Shown: in pieces, positions 42,368 through 51,450 of the stretch
How positions within the stretch are numbered: position 1 is the stretch's first letter
How the letters are laid out: the number at the start of each line of letters is the position of its first letter
Source of the DNA: Flavobacteriales bacterium
GTDB taxonomy: Bacteria > Bacteroidota > Bacteroidia > Flavobacteriales_F > PHOS-HE28
Assembly: GCA_019912395.1 (NCBI GenBank)
Contig: JAIOIH010000014.1
Coordinates: 16,800 to 80,799 of the forward strand
Reading direction: 5' to 3'
Length of the DNA stretch: 64,000 nucleotides
Position numbers and translations under genes: made by a program
The notes under the pieces: generated by a model
Seen by the model: the letters and a program-made list of their open reading frames with translations, nothing else
The model's database searches: none
What the model was told of the DNA's origin: nothing

Positions 42368-43839
42368 CAGCCGCGCACGGGTATGTCCGACATCCAACCG
42401 GGAATGTTCCTCAAGCGTTGTCCGACAGTTGCGGCGCGTGAAAAGACCAAACCGTAGTCTGTCTTCAATGCACCCTTGCGATTGTCCTGGACCACGGAGC
42501 CAGCGGAGTACACGAGCGGGAAACATCCGTTGTAATTCATCCCCACGCTGTCGGCCGTGGTCCTGAAATTCTCGAAGAACTTCCAACTCGATTCGCTGCG
42601 TGCATTGAAGAACAGCACGAGGGACCCTTGTGCGTTCAACTTGGTCGTTGCTATCTCCAGGAACTTTGTCATCGCAGCCGTATACTCTTTCGCGCCCTTC
42701 GAGCGTTCCTTCGCGTTCGAGACGATGATCTCGGATGCATAGTCCGGTGTTTCGCCAAGGATCATGTTCCAGAGTTCAGACAACTCCAAGTAGGGTATCC
42801 GATCGCTGTGTGGTGGATCGGTAATGAACAGGTCCACGGAGCCATCCTGCAGTTCCGGCAACCGATCAAGCGTATTGCCGTTGATCAGCGCACAATCGGC
42901 GACGCTGGCATTGACCTCCTGAATATCCCCGAGAATTGGGGCTTCCGGTTTCGATGTAGCGCCCGACAAGGCCTTGATCAGCTTCTTCACCCGCCGCTCG
43001 AAGCAGTTCCAAACGTTTACCTCGAAGTGTTTCGCAGGTCGCCAGAAACCGATCACCCAAGAACCGACCTCGATCCGATCACTGCCCGCGCCAGTGGTTT
43101 TTCCGCGACCGGTTATGGCAAAGACCATCTTGCTCATCTGGCCAACGGCTGCTGTCAACGACAGTCGCAAGGCCTCCCGCATCTCTTCGGGTAGCTCCTC
43201 GATCGCAGCTAGCAACAGTTCGATGTTCCGCAACGCCCTTCCTGTGAACAGGTCGTGGAGGGTCAGCGCATCTGAAGCATTGATCCTCGCATTGTTGAAG
43301 AAGCGCGGTTGGCGCAGCATGCGGGGTGTGTAGCCGTCAAAGCGCTCAAGGAGTTCCAGGTCGGCAGGCGTGGGTTCCGTCTCCACTCTCGCGTGGCCGC
43401 TGCCGTTCGTTTGCCAGACCTTGATCATTCGCCCTTCCACCCACAAGAAGTGCGAGGCAGTTCCACCCTCACCGATCGCATAGCTAGATTCGATCGCTGC
43501 CTTGGCAGCACTTTTGATCCGACGAAATGCTTCGGAGACCGCCTCGGAAGTAGGAGGTGATACCAGCAGCTTCGTGATCCGGATCGCCGCCGGATTGATA
43601 TCGATGCCGACCACGCGACGCCCCACTTGCAACGCCTCGATCGCAGCGATGCCAGACCCCATGAAGGGATCGACCACCAAGCCGCCTTCCGGGCACAAAT
43701 GCTCGATCAAGTACCTGATCGGCTCTGATGGCTTCTTGCCCCAATACTTGTGGAATGCATACAGTCCACGGTATCCCCCAGGCCGTGATAGTGCTTCGAC
43801 CTGTGGTATGTATGCGAGTTCAGGAATCACCAATTGCAT
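42367..43839 (-). CDS. DNA amino-methyltransferase (N6-adenine or N4-cytosine)
   Basis: The AdoMet-binding motif I is VVDPFMGSGIAAIEA and the catalytic motif IV is DLFITDPPHSD (DPPH). The protein is 490 aa. Confidence 0.75.
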   Translation of the reverse strand: MQLVIPELAYIPQVEALSRPGGYRGLYAFHKYWGKKPSEPIRYLIEHLCPEGGLVVDPFMGSGIAAIEALQVGRRVVGIDINPAAIRITKLLVSPPTSEAVSEAFRRIKSAAKAAIESSYAIGEGGTASHFLWVEGRMIKVWQTNGSGHARVETEPTPADLELLERFDGYTPRMLRQPRFFNNARINASDALTLHDLFTGRALRNIELLLAAIEELPEEMREALRLSLTAAVGQMSKMVFAITGRGKTTGAGSDRIEVGSWVIGFWRPAKHFEVNVWNCFERRVKKLIKALSGATSKPEAPILGDIQEVNASVADCALINGNTLDRLPELQDGSVDLFITDPPHSDRIPYLELSELWNMILGETPDYASEIIVSNAKERSKGAKEYTAAMTKFLEIATTKLNAQGSLVLFFNARSESSWKFFENFRTTADSVGMNYNGCFPLVYSAGSVVQDNRKGALKTDYGLVFSRAATVGQRLRNIPGWMSDIPVRG

Positions 43840-43929
43840 TCTACTTCGTGCTCTTTATGCGTTCGTTCAAAAGTAACGGTGCCCTTTGAAGGTTACCCTT
43901 CGGATCGTGCCTGCTTATCAACATCGCCT

Positions 43930-44380
43930 CGGATTCCTCGTCCCGGCGGGCGGGTGTTTCCCGAGTGCCCACTGTTCCATCCGCCTCCGGCAGCCTCCGG
44001 CGCTTAGGCCAGGGTGGCCTTCGGCCTTGGAGGGTTCACGCTGATCCGCCCGTCGGCCCCGGCATTGTAGAGGCTCTTGGCCGGAAATTTCCCACTTCGT
44101 GATCGGCTCTGCTCAGAGCGCTGGAAACCGTCCGAGGCGGACCGGCGTGCCGGTACTCGGCAGACCATTGGGATCACGGGCAAGGCGTGCGCCCGATGAA
44201 AAGCAATAACCGGGAGGAGGCCGGAGGCCGATCAGAAGCGGGCACATGCCTTCGGTATGCGGGCTCGCGAAACACGCGAGCGCCGGGTTGGCAGCGATGG
44301 CAACTTCGGGTCCATGTATGACCACCGTCATATCCCGCCCACTCCCTCCCGGAATACCTTGTACCAAACCATCTCAACCG
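43930..44380. repeat. Cluster 3 of mosaic REP/MITE-like repeat family
   Basis: It shares the cgggtgtttcccgagtgc…ggccttcggccttgg…ctgatc(g/c)gcccgtcggcccc…, ggaaaccg(c/t)c(g/c)gaggcggaccggcgtgccggtactcggcagaccattgggatcacggg and cccgatgaaaagcaataaccgggagg… modules with 40700-41150. Confidence 0.8.
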
Positions 44381-44383
44381 ATC

Positions 44384-44875
44384 ATGATCAAGCGCATCCT
44401 CCTTATTGCACTCGGCATCTTCCTGCTGGCTCAACTGATACAGCCGAACCGCAGCGTACCCGCGGCGGATCCCGCCAACGACATGCTGAAAATGACCGGC
44501 GCACCGGCGGACATCCAGCAGATGGTGATCGGGGCGTGCTACGATTGCCATAGCAACCAGCCGCAGTATCCGGTATGGGCCTACATCACGCCGGTGAATT
44601 TCTGGATACAGAAGCACATCGATGAGGCCCGGGAGGATGTGAACTACTCCCGCTGGGACATCTTTGCTGGGACGAAGGACGCTGCCAAGAGCGGCAAGAC
44701 GATCACGAAAGGTGAGATGCCACCGCCGAACTATGCGAACATGCACGGCCACGCACAGCTGACCGCCGCACAGAAGCAGCAACTGGCCGCATGGTTCGAT
44801 GCGAACGTCACCAGAGCGGGCAAAGAAGGCGGCGACCATGAACATGGAACAAAGGATCACGATGATGAGGACTGA
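44384..44875 (+). CDS. Haem-binding-domain protein (single CxxCH, signal-anchored)
   Basis: A signal/TM N-terminus (MIKRILLIALGIFLLAQLI) and one CYDCH heme c motif resemble the small haem-binding-domain family. The start was chosen at MIKRIL because the upstream extension lies in a REP element. Confidence 0.5.
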   Translation: MIKRILLIALGIFLLAQLIQPNRSVPAADPANDMLKMTGAPADIQQMVIGACYDCHSNQPQYPVWAYITPVNFWIQKHIDEAREDVNYSRWDIFAGTKDAAKSGKTITKGEMPPPNYANMHGHAQLTAAQKQQLAAWFDANVTRAGKEGGDHEHGTKDHDDED

Positions 44876-44992
44876 GCCCTCAAACTGACGCAAGCGTCCG
44901 ATGCATATCGGACCACGCTCGTGCTTTCATCATCCAAGCGCACGCTCGCGCCAGTATGGGCGGCCATAGGCTATCGCTTCCCTGGCACGGTA

Positions 44993-45364
44993 TCACTTCC
45001 CCTCATAGCTCACCTTCTTTCCAATAGAGGAAAGCCCCAACATGGCATCGGACGAGGTGAAGATCGTGTGCAGGTGTTCCAGCTCGGACGCGCAGCCGCG
45101 GCCATCGGTGATCAGCTTGTCCGCGATGCGCAAGGCGAGGGGGGCCTTGCGCTGCAGGGTGCCCAGGATCCGTTCCACCTCGGCGGGTGCGATGCCGTTG
45201 CCGCCGTGCTTCCCCGCGAGGAGCTCCTCGATGCCGTTGCGCTCGAAGAAGGCCGCGATGCCTTTCCACGGCTCGGCCGGTGTGCCGGTGCGGGGCGCGG
45301 GCGGGGCGAGCGTTCCGTCCAGGATCGCGTCGATTTCGTCGTGATCGGCGATGCCGTCGATCAA
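44993..45364 (-). pseudogene. Remnant of the 3' end of a 3-hydroxyacyl-CoA dehydrogenase/enoyl-CoA hydratase fusion gene (duplicate of 48632-49003)
   Basis: ~97% nucleotide identity over ~390 bp with the 3' end of the gene at 48632..50628. The encoded 123 aa equal the C-terminal tail of that protein, with no upstream coding continuation. Confidence 0.7.
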
Positions 45365-45498
45365 GCGCCCGCTCTCGCCCGTATTAGCGGCTCCATCGGG
45401 GACTCATTCATTGCCGTCCAAGCGCTTTTGTATCGGTGTGAAGTGCCCCTTGGGGCGGTGCAGCCATAACGGAAGGATCCTTCGCATCTTCGCACCTG

Positions 45499-48207
45499 AT
45501 GGCCACGCCGCTGGAAGATAAGCTCGACGACCTCTCGCGCTGGACCATGTTGGCGTGCGAACATCACCGCAGCGGTCGCGTGGAGGATGCCTTGATGAAC
45601 ATGCGCAAAGCGGGCGAGGCGGCGGCGAAGGCCATCATCACCAGCCAATGGTCCGGCAAGCGGGGCACGGATGCCATTGCGGGGGTCTCATTCGCCGGGA
45701 TGATCCAGCTCATCATCCGCAATGGGCTCGCCACCAAGCCCACCATCCTGCTCTTGCAAACCTTGCAGGTGGAGGGCAACAGCGCCTCGCACGACAACCG
45801 CTTGAAGCGGGGCCGCGCGGAACTGGGCATGGCCAGCCTCAACGAGCTGGTGCATTGGCTTTACGAGGAAAACTTGGGCCGAAGCTTGCCCGATGAACTG
45901 CGTGCCGCTTTCAAACCCGTGTCCGCCGCTCAGGCCACGGCCCCCAAAGAGCGCCGCTCGAGCAAGGCGGATCAACGACAGGAGGAGCGCATCGCGGAAC
46001 TGGAACGACGCATCGTCGAACTCAATGTGGGCACTTCCACGCGGAGCAGGGATGATGATGCCACCGGCAAGGTCCTCGCGGAACTTCGGCAGGAACTCGC
46101 ACTGGCCCGGGCGGAGCGCGCTCCGCAGCAGGAGGAGCCCATCCCGGAAGCACCCCATGTGGCCACGCCTCGCGGGAGGGCATGGGGCATCGGGATCGGC
46201 GTATTGGCCGTGGCGATGCTCGCGGGATGGCTTTTCCTGCACCGGTCATCCGGGAGGAAGGCTGTGGTGGCGACCGAGGTGGTGGCACGTGCTGACAGCG
46301 CCACGTTCACGCTCGTGCTGGTGCCGCTCACCATTCTTCAGGACAACCCGAACATCCACATCGACCTCGTGGCATCGCTGAACAACCGCTTGCAACGCCG
46401 CATCGCCGAACGGCCTTATGCCGTCCGCGTGATAGTGGACACCACCCGGCGGTCGGCAACCCCCACCTCGGGGCAGGCGTGGGAACTCGCGCGGACCTGG
46501 CATGCATCGCTCGTGCTCTTCGGGGACCTGGTGGAACCCACCTCCAGCGACAGTGGAACGGCGACATTGAACTATGCCTTGCGCCGCCGGTCCGATGTGG
46601 TTTCCGGCACCATTGCCCCAAGCCGGTTCCGCACCATGGCCGATCCTTCCGTGGACCGATTGATGGACGAATGCGTCTGGTTGTTCGACCTTGCCCTTGC
46701 CAACCGCCTAGCGGCCGGTGGAGGCTATTCCCCCGCGTTGGAGGTGCTGTATGCCGCAAGGTCGAACACGCCCGAGGGAGAACTCACGCGCCACGTCCTC
46801 ATGGCCCAATGCCATGCCGCGCTGGGCAACAATGCCGCTGCATTGCGCGAGGCCCAATGGTGCTTGGACCATAACCCCGGCGATCCGGAGACCCTCGCCT
46901 TCCTCGGCACCGTCTATACCGGCCTCGGTGATCGCGCCAAGGCCGCTATGGTCCTCGAACAGGCCGTGGCCAAGGCACCGAAGAACGCCGACTTTCGCTT
47001 GGGCCTGGCCAACGTACTGGTGGACCGGGACCATCCCGGCTCCGCGAACAACGCACGGGCCGAGGCACTGGTACAGGAGGCCATCAAGCTGGATCCCGAT
47101 AACGCCACGGCATGGGCCTACGCGGCATTCGCGCACATGCTGAAACAGGAATGGACCGAGGCCGCGCGGTGCTTTGAGCGTTCACTTCAATTGCAGCCCC
47201 GCAATGAGAACACCATCGTGAACCTCGCGCAGCTCGAAGCGTTCCGGTTGGACAAGCCCGAAGCGGCGGCCGAGCGGCTCACGGTGGCCATAGGTAAGGA
47301 CAGCGCCGATCCGCACGCGCTCTTCCTGCTGGCGGAGATCTATACCCGCACCTCAATGAAGGATCCCGATGCGGCGCAAAAGCTCTACGCGAAGGCCAAC
47401 GCGAAGGAACCCATGGCCAAGTACGGAGCGGAGATCGGCCAGGCGGATGCCGCCTACGGGGCCGGGGACATGAAGGCCGCGCTTGCCCATTACACCGCCG
47501 CATGGGCCATGGACAGCACCGATCCGCGCATTGCCAACCAGATCGCCAACATACTGATAGCGGGGCACCGCGATGCGCGGGCATTGCAAGTGCTGCGGCA
47601 GGGACTGGCCCGGGACCCGGCCAACCACATGTTGAACGCCAACATCGGCCAGGTCCTGATGGCCGGGCCAAAAGACCTGCGGGACCTGAAGGCCGCAGAG
47701 CGCTACCTCACCACAGCGCTCGCCACGGACCCGCTGGACACGCTGGTGCTGGAGCAATGCGGCAATGTGCGCGTGATGTTGGGGGACATGCAGGGCGCGG
47801 AAAAGGTATTGCGGATGGCGTACCGCCTGGATCCGGATGGTTACGGCGTGAACAGGGGCCTGGGCCTGATCCGTGATTCGGAGAACGACCTCGTGCAGGC
47901 CCGCATGCACTATGAGAAGGCTATCGCCCTGAAGCCCAAGGACGACGTGGTGGCCTCCAATCTCGCATACGTCCTGTTGCGCACTTCCCCCGGTCTGGTG
48001 CTCCAAGGCCTCTATTGGGCCAAGCGTTCCGTAGAGCTGGAACGCAGCCCGGAGAATTTGTTGATGTATTCCAATTTGTTGCAGGCCTCGGGAAAATACA
48101 ACGAAGCCGCAGATGCCTACTATGAGGCCATCAAGGACCGTCCGGACCTGCGGCAGCAGGATATCGAGGAAGTGCTGAACGCCAAGGGGCTAGGGCGTTC
48201 CAACTGA
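45499..48207 (+). CDS. Membrane-anchored TPR-repeat protein with an N-terminal DUF4145-like helical domain and coiled coil
   Basis: 902 aa. The N-terminal ~130 aa carry a DUF4145-like signature (…LLQTLQVEGNSASHDNR…), though the assignment is from memory. This is followed by a coiled coil (EERIAELERRIVELN), one predicted TM helix (WGIGIGVLAVAMLAGWLFL) and >500 aa of TPR-like repeats. Confidence 0.65.
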   Translation: MATPLEDKLDDLSRWTMLACEHHRSGRVEDALMNMRKAGEAAAKAIITSQWSGKRGTDAIAGVSFAGMIQLIIRNGLATKPTILLLQTLQVEGNSASHDNRLKRGRAELGMASLNELVHWLYEENLGRSLPDELRAAFKPVSAAQATAPKERRSSKADQRQEERIAELERRIVELNVGTSTRSRDDDATGKVLAELRQELALARAERAPQQEEPIPEAPHVATPRGRAWGIGIGVLAVAMLAGWLFLHRSSGRKAVVATEVVARADSATFTLVLVPLTILQDNPNIHIDLVASLNNRLQRRIAERPYAVRVIVDTTRRSATPTSGQAWELARTWHASLVLFGDLVEPTSSDSGTATLNYALRRRSDVVSGTIAPSRFRTMADPSVDRLMDECVWLFDLALANRLAAGGGYSPALEVLYAARSNTPEGELTRHVLMAQCHAALGNNAAALREAQWCLDHNPGDPETLAFLGTVYTGLGDRAKAAMVLEQAVAKAPKNADFRLGLANVLVDRDHPGSANNARAEALVQEAIKLDPDNATAWAYAAFAHMLKQEWTEAARCFERSLQLQPRNENTIVNLAQLEAFRLDKPEAAAERLTVAIGKDSADPHALFLLAEIYTRTSMKDPDAAQKLYAKANAKEPMAKYGAEIGQADAAYGAGDMKAALAHYTAAWAMDSTDPRIANQIANILIAGHRDARALQVLRQGLARDPANHMLNANIGQVLMAGPKDLRDLKAAERYLTTALATDPLDTLVLEQCGNVRVMLGDMQGAEKVLRMAYRLDPDGYGVNRGLGLIRDSENDLVQARMHYEKAIALKPKDDVVASNLAYVLLRTSPGLVLQGLYWAKRSVELERSPENLLMYSNLLQASGKYNEAADAYYEAIKDRPDLRQQDIEEVLNAKGLGRSN

Positions 48208-48279
48208 GGGAGGGGCCGCCCTGCAACGCAGGACATTGCGAACGGCGAAGCGATCCCAAGCGTAACGCTCGGATCGGCC

Positions 48280-48630
48280 AAGTGCATTCCACCAATGGGT
48301 TTCGTGATGGACGGTGCTTACCACCACTCCGTGCATACTCGCCTGAGATCGCTTCGGCAGCCCGCCCCCTTCGGGTTGCGGGCTTTCTCGCGATGACGTG
48401 CGTTGTGGTGGGTGCGGTATCAGACTGCGGGTCGCACGGCGCTCATTCCGCGCACGTCATTGCGAGGTGTTCGGGGTGCGCGACAGCGCATACCGAACAC
48501 CGAAGCAATCCCAGGCCGACAGCACGGATCAGCCACGAGCATGCACGCAATCCCCTTCGTGGTGGACGGTGCCTACAACCACTCCGTGCCAACAGGCCTG
48601 GGATCGCCTCCGGCTCATCGGCCCATTGGT
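48280..48630. repeat. Cluster 4 of mosaic REP/MITE-like repeat family
   Basis: It shares the cgcttcggcagcccgcccccttcgggttgcgggcttt(c)tcgcgatgacgtgcgttgtgg and tcgcacggcgctc(a/c)ttccgcgcacg(t/c)cattgcgaggtgttcggggtgcgcgacagcgcata(c/t)cgaacaccgaagcaatcccaggc modules with 40380-40640 and 21340-21420. Confidence 0.8.
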
Positions 48631-48631
48631 A

Positions 48632-50628
48632 TCACTTCCCTTCATAGCTCACCTTCTTTCCAATAGAGGAAAGCCCCAACATGGCATCGGACGAGGTGAA
48701 GATCGTGTGCAGGTGTTCCAGCTCGGACGCGCAACCACGGCCATCGGTGATGAGCTTGTCCGCGATGCGCAATGCCAGTGGGGCCTTGCGTTGCAGGGTG
48801 CCCAGGATCCGTTCCACCTCGGCGGGTGCGATGCCGTTGCCGCCGTGCTTTCCCGCGAGGAGCTCCTCGATGCCGTTGCGCTCGAAGAAGGCCGCGATGC
48901 CTTTCCACGGTTCGGCCGGTGTGCCGGTGCGGGGCGCGGGCGGGGCGAGCGTTCCGTCCAGGATCGCGTCGATGTCGTCGTGATCGGCGATGCCGTCGAT
49001 CAGGCCCATGGCCAGCGCATCGGTGGCGTTGAGCATGCGGCCGGTATGCACCAGGTACTTGGCGAGGCCCTTGCCCACGCGGGTGGCGGTGCGTTGCGTG
49101 CCGCCCAGCCCCGGATAGATGCCGATGCCCGTTTCGGGGAAGGCCATCACCGCCTTGGGGTGCGCCACGATGATGTCCGCGCAGAGGGCCAGCTCCAGGC
49201 CACCGCCCAGGGCGAGGCCGTTGAGCACGGCCACCACCGGCTTGGGCGATGCGTCGATGCGGTGGAACACCTGCTGCCCGTAGGCCGTGAAGCGCTCGAT
49301 CGCGCTGATGTCGCCGCGCTTCATGTGGGTGACGAAGAACTTGATGTCGGCACCGGCCACGAAGGCCTTGCCCGATCCGGTGAGGGCGATGGTGCGCACC
49401 TGCGGATCGGCGAGGGCGGCTGCGAAGCGCTCGTCGAGCTGGGCCATCACCTCCTCGTTCAGCGCGTTGTTGTCCTCGGGCCGGTCCATGGTGATGGTGG
49501 CCACGCCGTTGCGCACTTCCAACTTCACGTGTTCCATGGCCCATGCCGCAGGGCCGATGGTCGTGGGTGCCGCCACGCCGTAGCGCGCGGCCACATCGCC
49601 CACCATGCGGCGCACTTCCGCCTCGCCCCGTGCGCGCATCAATGCAATGGGGCCCTTGCGCCAGCGCAGGCCGATGCGCGCACCGCGTTCGATGGCCAGG
49701 GCATCGCACACCTGCTCGTCCAGCAGTTGCGTGCTGACGAAGCAGACGATCCCCAGCATGCGATCGGCGATGGTGCGGTGCAACGCCTGATCGGCGGATG
49801 CTTCGCCGGAAAGGTCCCAGGGCACTCCGGCCTCGGTCTGCCGTTGCAGGCCGGGGCTCACCGTGTACAGCGGTCCGAAGACCTCCAAGGTGCGTTGCGC
49901 GTGGTAGGCCACCGGCACGCCCGTGGCGTTCATCAGCGCGAAGGGGCCCATGCCGATGCCGAAGGCCTTCATGCAGGCGGCATCGATGGTGGGGATGTCG
50001 GCGAGGCCCTCCTCGTGGATGCGGACGGCTTCGTTCAGCCAGGGCACGAAGAAGCGGTTCACCACGAAGCCGTAGGCATCGCGGCATTCGATGGCATCCT
50101 TGCCGGTGCGGCGGCAGAAGCGGCGCACCGCCTCCATCACCTCGGGCGCGGTGTGCTCGCCGGGGATGATCTCCACTAAGCGGTTCTTCGCCGCGTGGAA
50201 GAAGTAGTGCAGGCCCACGAAGCGCTCGGGACGGCTTACCGATGCGGCCAGTTCCGTTACGGAGAAGGACGAGGTGTTGGTGGCCAGGACCGCGTCGGGG
50301 CGGACGATGCCGTCGAGCGTGCGGAAGAGCGTGGCCTTGGCGGCGCGGTCCTCGAAGATGGCCTCCACCACCAGGTCGCACGCGGCCAGGTCCTTCAGGT
50401 CGGTGGTGCCGGTGATGCGGCCCAGCACCTCCTCCACCGTGCCGGGGGCGAAGACCTTGCGCTCCACGCCCTGTTGCAGCATCGTCCGGATGCCTTCCAT
50501 GCCTTTATGGATGAACCGTTGTTCACGGTCCGCCAGCAGCACGGTGGTCCCTTCCTGGGCGAACTTCTGCGCGATGGCGGCACCCATGGTGCCGGCACCC
50601 ACCACGCCTACGGTTCCGATCTTCATCA
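48632..50628 (-). CDS. Bifunctional 3-hydroxyacyl-CoA dehydrogenase (N-terminal) / enoyl-CoA hydratase (C-terminal) fusion protein
   Basis: The N-terminal Rossmann motif IGTVGVVGAGTMGAAIAQ indicates the 3-HAD family. The C-terminal half is a crotonase fold (ALNEEVMAQLDERF…GGGLELALCAD). The start was set at the MM at 50628 because the track's upstream 161 aa are a low-complexity Arg-rich extension. Confidence 0.8.
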
Positions 50629-50643
50629 TGCGTTCAGGTGGTT

Positions 50644-51444
50644 TCACTTGTGCTTCCACACGGGCGGGCGCTTCTCCAGGAAGGCGGTGATGCCCTCGTT
50701 GGCATCGTCGGTGGCCATGAGCTGGCCGGTGTACAGCTGCTCGAGATGGGGCAGGAAGTTGCCCAGCACATGGTTGAACTTCACGCGCACGGCACGCGTA
50801 GCGAAGCGCAATGAACTGGCGCTGCGCGGCAGGATATGCGCCGCGATGTGTGCGTCGATCAGCGCGTCCAAGGCATCGGGTCCGTCGGCCACGGCGTTGA
50901 GCAGGCCCATGGACAGGGCCTCTTCGGCGGTGATGCTGCGGCCGGTGAGCAGCAGGTCGGTGGCGCGCTGCAGGCCGATCTTCTCGGGTAGGATGATCGA
51001 CGCGGGCGGTGCGAAAACACCCAGCACGATCTCCGGTTGACCGAAGCGCGCGCTCTTGTCGGCGAAGAGGAAATCGCACATGATCGCCAGTTCCATGCCG
51101 CCGCCCAAGCACTGGCCCTGCACGCGTGCCAGCGTGGGGATCGCGAGGTCGCGCAACGTGAGGAAGAGGCCGTGGAAGGCGCGCAGCATGGCCGGTGCCG
51201 TGTCGCGCTGATGTTCCTCGACGCTGGCGCCGAAGGAGAAGTGCTTGCCGGCGCCCTCGAAGGTGATGAGCTTGACGGCCGGCTTTTCCTTCATGCCGTC
51301 GAGGATCTGCTGCAGGCTCTCCATCATCACGTGGTCCAGCACGTTGCCCTTGCCGTCGTCCAGGGTGATGCGCGCCACTGCGCCACCGTGCTCCATGCGC
51401 AGCGTGATCTTCTCCAGGGTCATGGTCTCATCGGATGTGCTCAT
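50644..51444 (-). CDS. Enoyl-CoA hydratase/isomerase (crotonase) family protein; candidate dienoyl-CoA hydratase (Dch-like)
   Basis: 266 aa with a crotonase core (…GAGKHFSFGASVEEH…GGGMELAIMCDF…), adjacent to the Had-like and Oah-like genes. Confidence 0.65.
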   Translation of the reverse strand: MSTSDETMTLEKITLRMEHGGAVARITLDDGKGNVLDHVMMESLQQILDGMKEKPAVKLITFEGAGKHFSFGASVEEHQRDTAPAMLRAFHGLFLTLRDLAIPTLARVQGQCLGGGMELAIMCDFLFADKSARFGQPEIVLGVFAPPASIILPEKIGLQRATDLLLTGRSITAEEALSMGLLNAVADGPDALDALIDAHIAAHILPRSASSLRFATRAVRVKFNHVLGNFLPHLEQLYTGQLMATDDANEGITAFLEKRPPVWKHK

Positions 51445-51450
51445 GTCGAT

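Noticed and set aside
48398-50179. 593-aa + strand ORF
   Set aside because: Antisense to the HAD/ECH fusion gene. The composition is Gly/Ala/Arg-rich.
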